From positions 2,272,001-2,336,000 of the forward strand of contig CAVTRC010000001.1 in assembly GCA_963737065.1 (NCBI GenBank): a stretch of DNA of 64,000 bases. The letters are read 5' to 3'. Below the pieces are notes generated by a model. That model was given only the letters and a program-made list of their open reading frames with translations, was not told where the DNA came from and ran no database searches. Origin of the DNA: Candidatus Eremiobacteria bacterium (GTDB lineage Bacteria > Vulcanimicrobiota > Vulcanimicrobiia > Vulcanimicrobiales > Vulcanimicrobiaceae). Position numbers and translations under genes: made by a program. Below are positions 40,034-48,930 of the stretch, piece by piece (positions within the stretch are counted from its first letter, which is position 1; the number at the start of each line of letters is the position of its first letter).

Positions 40034-41301
40034 AGACGCAGGTACGCGCGGTGCTCCCAGGGGTGAACGGCGCGCCGGTACTGTTCGTATTCCTCGAGCT
40101 TGGCATCGCGAAATGCGTGATACAAATGATCGCCGAGCGCCGCGCGAACGACGGCGTCCTCGTCTAAATCGCTAATCGCTTGACGTAGCGATTTCGGCAA
40201 GGTTCCGATCCCGCGTTCTCTGCGCTCGCGATCGTTCAACTCGTACGTCGAGCCGGCAAGCGAACCGCCCGGAAGAAGGGAGCGCTCAACGCCGTCCGCC
40301 GCGGCACCGAGCAGCACGGCGAGCGCGAGATACGGATTGCACGCGGGATCAGGGCTGCGCATCTCGATGTGACGCGGCCGCTCTGCGGGCGGCACGCGCA
40401 CGAGCGCGTTTGCGCTGCGCTCGGACCATACGGTGTAAATTGGTGCATCCCACGCGGCAACGAGGCGCTTGTACGAGTTGACCGTCGGATTGCAGATTGC
40501 GGTCGTTGCTGCTGCATGTTCGAGCAACCCGCCGACGACATAGAGCATCGTCTGCTCGTCCGCGCCACCGCCGAGGAGCAATTCGACGTGCAGTCCGCTG
40601 CCGGCGCGGTCTTGCAGCGGTTTCGGCATGAACGTTGCATCCAAGCCGAAACTTGCGGCGACATGCTTCGAAAGCGTGCGCAGCGTCAACATGTTGTCTG
40701 CTGCCGCGAGCGAATCGCCGTAGGCGAAGTCGATTTCGTGTTGACCGGGACCGTGTTCGTGATGGGCCGATGCAACACGGATACCCATGCTTTGTAGTGC
40801 CGCGACGATTGCATTGCGCGCATCTTCGCCGCGATCGTTCGCCGAGAAATCGAAATACGATCCGACGTCGGCCGTTTCGGTCGCCCTTTCGAACAGATAA
40901 AACTCGGCTTCGAGTGCAATCTGCAATCCGGGCAGCACGTCGTTTGCGCGTTCCACGGCGCGTTTGAGCGTCGTGCGCGGACAGCCTTCGAACGGCGAAC
41001 CGTCCGGCATTTCGATATCGCAGAGCAAGCGCGCTTCGGCGCCGTCACTACCCGACCACGGATACAACGCGAAGGTCGCCGGATCGGGCCGCAGCACCAT
41101 ATCGAGCTCTTCGCCGCGGACGAAGCCGTCGATCGAACCGCCGTCGAACGTGACGCGTCCGGCAAGCGCCGCTTCCAGTTCCGAGACCGGAATTGAAACA
41201 TTCTTGCTAACGCCGAAAATGTCGGCAAAGACGAGACGCACGAAACGCACGTTTTGATCTTTGGCGAGCTTGATGATATCGCGTTTATGTGTGGAGTGCA
41301 T
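40027..41301 (-). CDS. Glutamine synthetase-like protein (possible gamma-glutamyl-amine ligase)
   Basis: FDGGSIDG, EAEFYLF, HHEHGPGQHEI, ATFMPKP, GSGLH, NSYKRL, EMRSPDPACNPYL. Confidence 0.85.
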   Translation of the reverse strand: MHSTHKRDIIKLAKDQNVRFVRLVFADIFGVSKNVSIPVSELEAALAGRVTFDGGSIDGFVRGEELDMVLRPDPATFALYPWSGSDGAEARLLCDIEMPDGSPFEGCPRTTLKRAVERANDVLPGLQIALEAEFYLFERATETADVGSYFDFSANDRGEDARNAIVAALQSMGIRVASAHHEHGPGQHEIDFAYGDSLAAADNMLTLRTLSKHVAASFGLDATFMPKPLQDRAGSGLHVELLLGGGADEQTMLYVVGGLLEHAAATTAICNPTVNSYKRLVAAWDAPIYTVWSERSANALVRVPPAERPRHIEMRSPDPACNPYLALAVLLGAAADGVERSLLPGGSLAGSTYELNDRERRERGIGTLPKSLRQAISDLDEDAVVRAALGDHLYHAFRDAKLEEYEQYRRAVHPWEHRAYLRLY

Positions 41302-42412
41302 CGATCGCAATCGCTAGACGAAGAGTGAGTTGGTCGTGTGCGCTCTCGAGCGTCCGTCCCGAGATCTCGCTGATTTGGCGAAGGCGGTAGAACACGGTGT
41401 GCCGGTGAACGTTCAACTCTGCTGCCGCCGTTTTGACGTTTTGCCCGGTTGCGAAATAGACGCGCAACGTGCGCTCGAGTTCCGTTTGATGTTTCTCATC
41501 GTACGCGCGCAGCGGCGCGAGCGTTGTTTGCGCGAATGCGCGCAGCGCGTCTGCATCGGCGCCCCCGTGCAGCAGCGGATACGCTCCGAGGTCCTCATAC
41601 GAAGCGATCCGGTCGCCGCCGTAAATCCGCCGAGCAATCGCAAGCGATGCTTCGGCATCCGCGACGCCGCGCGCAACGTCGAGCAATGCAACGACGCCGC
41701 TGATGCCGCCGCTCAGTCGCAGCTTCAGCTGCCGCTTTGCAGCGGTCTTCGGAAGCAGCATAGCGGCCGTTTTGGCGTTCTCCGCATCGACTTCGCGCGC
41801 AGCCGGAACGATAGCGACGAGCGCAGCGCCGCGATCGATCAAGCCAAGTTCACCTTCGGAAAAGCGAAACGCTTCCGTCAACGCGCGCAGCGTATCCGCG
41901 GCGTTCGGCAGTAAGTCGTCCGGGTCGGCTTCGAGCGCGACGCAGACGTAGTGATTGACGATCGTCACTCCCCGCGCCGCCGCGTCCTCGCGCGCTGCGG
42001 TCGTGTCGGGATATGCGCGTGCGACGAGACGCTCCCAAAATGCGCGCTTGCGCCCGCGTCCGCCCGTTGCATCGCGCGCGAGTTCGACCGCGATCGCGCC
42101 GGCAGCGAGGCGCAGCATGGGAAGCAACGCGTCGTAGTTCGTGTCGCGCTTCCCGATGAGCGATAGCCACCCATACGCTGCATCGCCCGCCGCAATTGGA
42201 AGCGTCCGCGCGCGTTCGCCGTTGAGACCGCGCGCGCTCGCGGGCAGCGATCCTTTCCCGGCCGTCGCTACCGGTCGCCAATCGACGTCTTCGACCAGCA
42301 CGCCGGTCCCCGTACGCTGCGCGAGCAGTGCCGCAAGCGCCTTCGCCCCGCCGCCCGAAGCGGCGACGCGCGCCAATGCTTCCGCGAACTCGACGATCAG
42401 CTCGGGAGTCAT
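41285..42412 (-). CDS. PucR/CdaR-family transcriptional regulator
   Basis: YEDLGAYPLL, LAPLRAYD, TLRVYF, AAAELNVHRHTVFYRLRQI. Confidence 0.9.
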   Translation of the reverse strand: MTPELIVEFAEALARVAASGGGAKALAALLAQRTGTGVLVEDVDWRPVATAGKGSLPASARGLNGERARTLPIAAGDAAYGWLSLIGKRDTNYDALLPMLRLAAGAIAVELARDATGGRGRKRAFWERLVARAYPDTTAAREDAAARGVTIVNHYVCVALEADPDDLLPNAADTLRALTEAFRFSEGELGLIDRGAALVAIVPAAREVDAENAKTAAMLLPKTAAKRQLKLRLSGGISGVVALLDVARGVADAEASLAIARRIYGGDRIASYEDLGAYPLLHGGADADALRAFAQTTLAPLRAYDEKHQTELERTLRVYFATGQNVKTAAAELNVHRHTVFYRLRQISEISGRTLESAHDQLTLRLAIAIDALHT

Positions 42413-42451
42413 GCCGCGCCCTTTCGGCGAACGTGCCGATGGTTCTTGGAA

Positions 42452-44251
42452 ATGGACGCAGCGGTTCTTCGTGAGGCCGTCGCCTCGCTATACGCCGATA
42501 CACCCGACGCGGTCGTGCTCTATGATCGCGCCGGCGTTGCGATTGCCGCAAATGAAGCTGCCGAAGTTCTGACCGGCTACGCGCCGCGGGAATTCCTTGG
42601 GACATCGTTCGATACGCATGTCTCGTCGCGGGACGCCGACCGCATCAACGTCGCCGTGCGAACTGCGCTGGCGGGAAGCACCGACCACTTCGATACGAGC
42701 GCGAAGCATAAAAACGGCTCCGTCATCCCGGTCGAGTGCTATGTCTTTCCGGCGCGCTTCAATGACGAAATCGTGGGCGTTTTTGCACAAGCGCGCGATA
42801 TCGTTGCACTTCGCTCGGCGGAACGCTCGCTGACGATCAATCAGGAAAAATTCCGCTCGCTCTTCGAATACCATCCCGACGGCATCATGGAGATCAAAGG
42901 CGACCGGACGATCTCGCGTGTCAACGTCGCGCTCGAAAGTGAGACCGGGTATTACAGCGAGCAACTGGTCGGGAAACCGTGGACGGAGCTCGTCGCACCG
43001 GAATTGCGCGGTGACGCCGAAGAGCTTTTGCGCTCCGCGATGCGCGGCGAAGCAATGGAGAACGACTCGCTATTGCTCGACCGTCTCGGCAACCGTCTCG
43101 ACGTCCAGTTGAAACTGGTTCCGCTGCGCGTCGGCGATGACATTCTCGGCGGGTACGCAGTTTTCAAGAACGTTACCGCGCAGAAGAACGCGGAACGCGC
43201 AATCGCCGCGCATGGCGAACAGATTCGCCGGCTCTATATGGTTGCGGCTGCGCGGGGTGAGTCACTGGACCAACAAATCGACGGCGCGTTGCAGCTCGGG
43301 ATCGAACTTTTTGGCTGGGATCAGGCATACGTTGCCCATGTGGAAGATGAGCGCGTGCGCGTGCTCAACGTTTACGGCGAGCCGTCGGGAACGAAGGGAT
43401 CGTCATATCCGCTCGCAACCAGCGTGACGAGCTACCTGCTGCGCGGAGCCAATCCGCTCTTTATCGGCGACATCGAGTCCGAACCGTGGCGAAACGACGC
43501 CATGCGCGATATGGCGGCATGGCGTTCATATTTTGCGGTTAGCCTCAGTGTGTTCGACGAGTTTTACGGCGGACTCGTTTTCGCAGGGCTCGCGCCGCGT
43601 ACCGAAGGTCTGTCCTCAAACGAACGCGATATGGCGCAACTGATGGGGCTGTTCATATCAACCGCGCTCGAACGCGCCGCGCAGAGCGAGCGTATCGAGC
43701 AACTGGCGTTCAACGACTCGCTCACCGGTCTTCCGAACCGCGTGCTCTTCAGTGACCGTATCGAGCGAACGATTGCGACGGCGCGCCGTTACGAACGCGG
43801 GTTTGCGGTCATGTACGTCGACGTCGACAAATTCAAGCACATCAACGATACCTACGGTCATGCGATCGGCGACGAGGTGCTCAAAGAAGTCGCGAAGCGC
43901 TTGCGCGACTCGACGCGCGAAAGCGATACCGTAGCGCGGTTCGGCGGCGACGAGTTCGTCATACTGCAGCCGGTCGTCGACGGCGCGAGCGACGCCGCCG
44001 ATCTCGCGCGCAAACTGAACGTTGCGATGCAAGAGCCGATCATCGTGGACGGGGTCAAGCACGCCGTGCACGTCAGTATCGGGATCGCGCTCTATCCGGC
44101 CGACGCGCAGACGATCGATGCGTTGATGCGGGCCTCGGATCGCGCGCTCTATCGGGCGAAAAAACAAGGCCGCAACCGGTGGTGCTTCGCGAACGCGGAC
44201 GTCGCGCGGCGTGACCTGCAGGCGACGCCTAGCCGCCAAGCTGCGGAATAA
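42452..44251 (+). CDS. Diguanylate cyclase, PAS-PAS-GAF-GGDEF
   Basis: DSLTGLPNR, DVDKFKHINDTYGH, RESD I-site, RFGGDEF, ALYRAK. Two PAS-like and one GAF-like segment. Confidence 0.92.
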   Translation: MDAAVLREAVASLYADTPDAVVLYDRAGVAIAANEAAEVLTGYAPREFLGTSFDTHVSSRDADRINVAVRTALAGSTDHFDTSAKHKNGSVIPVECYVFPARFNDEIVGVFAQARDIVALRSAERSLTINQEKFRSLFEYHPDGIMEIKGDRTISRVNVALESETGYYSEQLVGKPWTELVAPELRGDAEELLRSAMRGEAMENDSLLLDRLGNRLDVQLKLVPLRVGDDILGGYAVFKNVTAQKNAERAIAAHGEQIRRLYMVAAARGESLDQQIDGALQLGIELFGWDQAYVAHVEDERVRVLNVYGEPSGTKGSSYPLATSVTSYLLRGANPLFIGDIESEPWRNDAMRDMAAWRSYFAVSLSVFDEFYGGLVFAGLAPRTEGLSSNERDMAQLMGLFISTALERAAQSERIEQLAFNDSLTGLPNRVLFSDRIERTIATARRYERGFAVMYVDVDKFKHINDTYGHAIGDEVLKEVAKRLRDSTRESDTVARFGGDEFVILQPVVDGASDAADLARKLNVAMQEPIIVDGVKHAVHVSIGIALYPADAQTIDALMRASDRALYRAKKQGRNRWCFANADVARRDLQATPSRQAAE

Positions 44252-45533
44252 ACGGCGTCAGCACCGAAAGAATCGATAGCGCCCCGATCGCGATCGCGGT
44301 TATCCAGGCGATCGTATTAGCAACAGGGCCGTTCGTATACGCGCCCATCACCGATGTACGGTTGATAATGATCAACATGAGGATCAGTTCGAACGGCAGG
44401 AGCGCGCCTTCGAGCGCTTGCGCGAAGAGGATCATTTTGAGCAGCGGCAGTCCCGGAAGCAAGACGAATCCCGCGCCGATGATTAGCCCGGCCGCAAAAA
44501 GCGTGAAGAACACCGGTGCTTCCGAAAAGCTGCGGTCGACCGCAGCTTCGAAGCCGAGCGCTTCGCAAATGATGTAGCTCGTCGAGAGCGGCAAAACGGT
44601 CGCGGTGAACAATCCCGCATTGAGGATTCCGAGCGCGAAGATCGTGGACGCGGCCTCGCCGGCGAGCGGCTTGAGCGCGACCGCGAAATCCATCGCTTGC
44701 TGTGGGTTGAGTTTCGCGCCGTGCTCGTTCGCGAAAAAGATCGTCGCCGCGTTCGCGATGATCATGAAGCCCGCGAGAGCGATCGCTAGAACCGAGCCGT
44801 TGACCACGTCAGCGCGCGCGAGCGGCAATTCTTCGGCGCGCGAGCCTTTCTCAACCACTTGCGATTGTAGAAAGAACTGCATATACGGCGAGATCGTCGT
44901 GCCGATGATCGTGACGACCATGACGACCCAGCCCGGTGTCGCCCACTGAACGTGCGGTACGAGCGTTCCGGTTGCGACGTGATGCCAATCGGGACGCGCC
45001 AGCACGGCCGACACGATGTAGGTAACGTAGATTAATGAAAAAACGACAAACGTACGCTCGACGATCTTATTGTTGAAGCGTAAGACGAAGAAGAAGACGC
45101 ACACGAGCGCGATCGGTACGGCGATGTAGCGCGAGATACCCCAATTTTCCGATGCGGCCGCGATACCGGCGAATTCGGTGGACGTGATCAACGTGTTGAT
45201 CAAGAACAAGACGAGCATCGCGAAGACGGAGATCTTGACGCCGAAGTTCTCGCGAATGAGCGCAGCAAGACCTTTTCGGGTAACGCAGCCCATGCGCGCC
45301 GACATCTCTTGCACGACGATCAACGCGACTGCGAGCGGCACCATCACCCATAAGATGTCGTAACCGAACTGCGCCCCGGCCGACGAATACGTCGCAATGC
45401 CGCCGACGTCGTTCCCGGCCGACGCGGTAACGAACCCGGGACCGAGAACCGCAGCGAGAAGAAGCAGCGACCGCCACAGCGATCGCCGCCGGGCGGGCTG
45501 CTCCACGGCCTGTTCAGTTGCCGACGCCTGCAT
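44229..45533 (-). CDS. NRAMP-related divalent cation (probably Mg2+) transporter
   Basis: LGPG...AGNDVGGIATYS, QEMSARMG, GTTISPY. About 11 TM helices. Start uncertain (45533 or GTG 45506). Confidence 0.87.
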   Translation of the reverse strand: MQASATEQAVEQPARRRSLWRSLLLLAAVLGPGFVTASAGNDVGGIATYSSAGAQFGYDILWVMVPLAVALIVVQEMSARMGCVTRKGLAALIRENFGVKISVFAMLVLFLINTLITSTEFAGIAAASENWGISRYIAVPIALVCVFFFVLRFNNKIVERTFVVFSLIYVTYIVSAVLARPDWHHVATGTLVPHVQWATPGWVVMVVTIIGTTISPYMQFFLQSQVVEKGSRAEELPLARADVVNGSVLAIALAGFMIIANAATIFFANEHGAKLNPQQAMDFAVALKPLAGEAASTIFALGILNAGLFTATVLPLSTSYIICEALGFEAAVDRSFSEAPVFFTLFAAGLIIGAGFVLLPGLPLLKMILFAQALEGALLPFELILMLIIINRTSVMGAYTNGPVANTIAWITAIAIGALSILSVLTPFIPQLGG

Positions 45534-46821
45534 GCTGCGGGTGCCGGGACGCTGTGCGGTGCGCAGTAAACTTTGGCAGACGTTTCGCCATATCTTCCGG
45601 CATGATCGCATCGATCGCGTCATCGACCGTTACGATGCCGAGCATCTTTCCGGCTTCATCGACGATCGGCACGGCGAGCAAGTCGTAGCGCGCAATCGTC
45701 GCCGCAACTTCCTCCGCTTCCGTATCGGGACGAAGCGTCACAAGATCCGTGTCCATGATCGCTTCGATCGATTCTTGCGGATCGGCGAGCAGCAGCCTGC
45801 GCAACGATAACGCGCCGAGCAGCATATCTTGCTTGTCGACGACGTAGAGATAGTAAATGAACTCCGACGCCGGCGCGATCTCGCGGATTTTGCGAATCGT
45901 CGCTTCCGCCGTACGATGCGGATAGATCCACGTGTAGTCCGTGGTCATCAAACCGCCCGCCGTATCTTCGGCGTATTTGACGAGTTCGCGCAACTCGCTT
46001 GCCGTGTATTCGTTCATCTCCGCGAGCAGCTCTTGTTGTTGCTCCTCATCGAGTTCGGCGAGCAGGTCGGCGGCGTCGTCGGCGTCCATTTCTTCGATGA
46101 TGTCGGCCGCGCGCTCCGTACCGATATCTTCGATCAGCGAGCGCTGCGTGTCCGCATCGAGGTGCTCGAATGCGTCCGCTGCGGTCTCGTCGTCCAGCTG
46201 ACTGACGACTGCGGCGGCTTCACGCGCCGAAAGATCTTCGATGATGTCCGCAAGCTCTGAAGGGTGCAGCCGCGATAGCTTGCTCTCGGCCACGGAAAGG
46301 CTCACTTGTGACGGATTGGTCTCGCGAATCGGCGATACGGAATCCCACGCGATCATCGAGCGCGGAATCGAACGATAAATTCCCGGCGTAAACCGCTTGC
46401 CGAACGACTTGAGACCGAGACGGCGCAGCAAGCCGCCGACGCCGACGTCAGCCGCAACGACGCGCATCGCATCGCCGGCTTTTGCGATCTCGATGTCGTT
46501 GATGCGCACGACTTTGCGGCCGTCGACGTCGACGATCTGCTTGTCGAGCAAATCGGCGATGAGGTAGAGCGCGTCGCGTTCCGGCGGCGCCGGCTCCTTC
46601 GGCGTGAGGCTGAGCGCGATCTCGCCGTCGTCGATATCGGAGACCGTGTCAATCGGCGCAAAGCGCGGACCTTGCGTCGTCTTGATCACCAGTCCGTCGA
46701 TCTTCGGAAAGACGTCCTCGGGCTTATTGACGAGAAAGTCGCTGACTTTGCCGATCGGTATCTGATTGACGGTCGCTTTGCGCCCGACCAATTCCGAAAC
46801 AAACCCCTCGGTAAATGCCAT
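45514..46821 (-). CDS. MgtE cytosolic-domain protein (PRC-like + MgtE-N + CBS pair, no membrane domain)
   Basis: LLDKQIVDVDGRKVVRIND, LHPSELADIIE, MDADDAAD, YAEDTAGGLMT, YDLLAVPIVD, GIVTVDD. Ends without TM helices. Confidence 0.88.
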   Translation of the reverse strand: MAFTEGFVSELVGRKATVNQIPIGKVSDFLVNKPEDVFPKIDGLVIKTTQGPRFAPIDTVSDIDDGEIALSLTPKEPAPPERDALYLIADLLDKQIVDVDGRKVVRINDIEIAKAGDAMRVVAADVGVGGLLRRLGLKSFGKRFTPGIYRSIPRSMIAWDSVSPIRETNPSQVSLSVAESKLSRLHPSELADIIEDLSAREAAAVVSQLDDETAADAFEHLDADTQRSLIEDIGTERAADIIEEMDADDAADLLAELDEEQQQELLAEMNEYTASELRELVKYAEDTAGGLMTTDYTWIYPHRTAEATIRKIREIAPASEFIYYLYVVDKQDMLLGALSLRRLLLADPQESIEAIMDTDLVTLRPDTEAEEVAATIARYDLLAVPIVDEAGKMLGIVTVDDAIDAIMPEDMAKRLPKFTAHRTASRHPQHAGVGN

Positions 46822-46849
46822 CGCGCCTCACCCCCTCTCTCTTCATAGG

Positions 46850-47021
46850 CGACGCACGCTGCGCGTCGCCTGGCACTCCGCAACGCTTCCGCCACTTCGC
46901 GGCGGAAACGTAGCTGCGCGCCCCCACCGCGACTATCGCGGTGGGCCCCCCAACGACGCACGCTGCGCGTCGCCTGGCACTCCGCAACGCTTCCGCCACT
47001 TCGCGGCGGAAACGTAGCTGC
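46850..47021. repeat. Two identical 68-bp direct repeats (46850-46917, 46954-47021) separated by a 36-bp palindromic spacer
   Basis: Unit CGACGCACGCTGCGCGTCGCCTGGCACTCCGCAACGCTTCCGCCACTTCGCGGCGGAAACGTAGCTGC. Spacer contains CCCACCGCGA-CTA-TCGCGGTGGG. Confidence 0.92.
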
Positions 47022-47023
47022 CG

Positions 47024-47061
47024 AAAAACAAATAAACCGTCCGCCTCGCCGGCGGCCGGTT
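47024..47061 (-). terminator. Intrinsic terminator of the M-box expression platform
   Basis: Minus strand AACCG-g-CCGCC-ggcga-GGCGG-a-CGGTT followed by TATTTGTTTTT. Confidence 0.75.
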
Positions 47062-47090
47062 CGAATGGGCGCAAGGAACAAGTCCGACGC

Positions 47091-47253
47091 TACCTCATTC
47101 GCATCCGAGCTTTGGCACCACGCGCCGTACCCCAAGAGGGAGCCGCGTTAGACACCGCCTTGTATCGGCGTAGTCTGGTCTACCCACTTGGCGTCTCTCG
47201 ACGTTTCGGGGCAGCGGCTTGTGTATCGCGTGGACGCCTCACCTAGCGAGGTA
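47091..47253 (-). ncRNA. M-box (ykoK) Mg2+ riboswitch
   Basis: Minus strand UACCUCGCUAGGUGAGGCGUCC...GCCGCUGCCCCGAAACGUCGAGAGACGCCAAGUGGGUAGACCAG...AAGGCGG...UAACGCGGCU...GUGCCAAAGCUC...GAGGUA. Upstream of MgtE/NRAMP genes, with a TATACT -10 at 47268-47263. Confidence 0.93.
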
Positions 47254-47330
47254 TCCGTTCTAAGTATACGGCACATGTCGAGGCCCCGCATAATCGCGAG
47301 GCCTCGTTGCTTTTTGCATGCGACGCGGAG

Positions 47331-48008
47331 CTATTGCGCAGTTGGTACGGGATCGACCGTATCGAGATAGTTCGCAACGTAGAATTCGTAGAAGTGTCCG
47401 TTTTTGAACGACTGCGGATTCACAAGCGGCGGGAACTGCCACTGCGTCGCGGTGACTTGCGCCGGGCCTGCAATTGCTCCGACCTCGATACCGCTCCACG
47501 ATACGTCGATTCGTACGATATACAAATCGCCGGTCGATCCGCCGGGCGTTGACGTCGGACTGGGCGTTGGCGTCGGCGGAACCGTTTGAAATGCCATCGG
47601 CTTCAACGCGTCGGGTTCGTCGTTACGGCCGTCATGCAGCGTGCACGCGGGCAGTACGCTCGTGAGGTTCTGCAGCGAAAACGGCGCGTCCGAGTAGTAC
47701 CATGGGCCGAGCAGTGCCGTAGTCGGGTAGCACCTCGTGTACCAGCTCACGACCGCGAACGTTCCGTCGTTTGCAATGGTGAGCGGATCGTAGAAGTCCC
47801 AGCGCGGACGGCCGTCCCGATCCATGGATATGCGCGAGTTCGAGAGCGCCGGTATCGACGGCGCACTGGTCTGCGGCTTCAGATGGTGAACGGCCGGTGC
47901 AACGTTCCCGCTGCTGCCCGACATCGATGAAGTGCTGCCGCCGCAAGCGGCCAAAACCGCGAACGCTAATGCAGCAGACGAGAAGAGACGCGCGCGTTCG
48001 AGAAACAT
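47331..48008 (-). CDS. Lipoprotein of unknown function (paralog B)
   Basis: Lipobox LAAC after ATG 48008 with GGAAGGA upstream. Extensive identity to the neighbouring gene. Confidence 0.8.
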   Translation of the reverse strand: MFLERARLFSSAALAFAVLAACGGSTSSMSGSSGNVAPAVHHLKPQTSAPSIPALSNSRISMDRDGRPRWDFYDPLTIANDGTFAVVSWYTRCYPTTALLGPWYYSDAPFSLQNLTSVLPACTLHDGRNDEPDALKPMAFQTVPPTPTPSPTSTPGGSTGDLYIVRIDVSWSGIEVGAIAGPAQVTATQWQFPPLVNPQSFKNGHFYEFYVANYLDTVDPVPTAQ

Positions 48009-48122
48009 ATGTATCCTTCCACGGAGCGCCGTTCTGGTTATCGACCTGGCGGATGTAAGCCTGCTCCGTAAACCGGCGCGCATCAAAAGAAACGGTAAAG
48101 GAGCCGTGTTAAATGTAAACGC

Positions 48123-48812
48123 TCAGCGTGCGAGCGGCACCGGGTCGTTCGTGTCGAGATACTTCGCGACGTAGAATTCGTAATAGTGACCGCTCGTAAA
48201 CAGCTCGCGATTGACGAGCGACGGAAATTCAAACGTTGTTGCGCTCACGTTTGCCGGACCGGCGATCGCCGCGACCTCAACGGAGCGCAACGTCATGTCG
48301 ACGCACACGATGTACACGTTCTCCGGAGATTCTGTCGGAATCGGGATCGGCGCTACGGTCGGCGTCGCTGTTGGAACGGGCGTCGGTGGAACGGTTTGGA
48401 AGCGCATCGGCAGACGCGCCTCGCTCTCCGGGATAACGGGGGTCGCATACAACGCACATCGTGCGAGTGTCGTGATCGCCGGGTTGGCCAATGACGATGT
48501 TCCATACGCCAAATACCAGGGGCCATTGAGACCTGACGTCGGATAGCAGGCGGCATAGGAAAAGGTCACGGCCAACGTGCCGTCGCTCGCGAAAGTCAAC
48601 GGCTGATAGAACCTCCAGCGAGGCGTCCCGTTCGGGCCGTTCGATAGCGCTGATGCCGTGAGCAAACCGGATCGCGGCGCGGCAATGGCGACGAGGCCCC
48701 CCTCCTGCGTGATGCGGGGCGCATCGGGCGCGGAAACATTACGGGCGCATGCGGCGAGAATCGCTGCAGCGAGCATCACAAAGACGGCGACACGTAACGG
48801 AACGGCTGACAT
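48123..48812 (-). CDS. Lipoprotein of unknown function (paralog A)
   Basis: Lipobox LAAC, SD GGAGG. Shares PRWxFYxPLT, CYPT, GPWY, FQTVPPTP, AIAGPA and YEFYVAxYLDT with paralog B. Confidence 0.8.
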   Translation of the reverse strand: MSAVPLRVAVFVMLAAAILAACARNVSAPDAPRITQEGGLVAIAAPRSGLLTASALSNGPNGTPRWRFYQPLTFASDGTLAVTFSYAACYPTSGLNGPWYLAYGTSSLANPAITTLARCALYATPVIPESEARLPMRFQTVPPTPVPTATPTVAPIPIPTESPENVYIVCVDMTLRSVEVAAIAGPANVSATTFEFPSLVNRELFTSGHYYEFYVAKYLDTNDPVPLAR

Positions 48813-48930
48813 AGGCGATGGCCTCCACAGGAAGCGCCAACTACTCTATCGGCCGGGCGGAAACGCTATCGTGTGCGATATGCCCGCGTCGAATCGAAAG
48901 AAATCGTAAAGACTCTGTATCGCACGCCGC

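Noticed and set aside
46850..47021. CRISPR array (repeat, 36-bp spacer, repeat)
   Set aside because: Only two copies, the 68-bp unit is too long, the spacer is itself palindromic, and there are no cas genes in the window.
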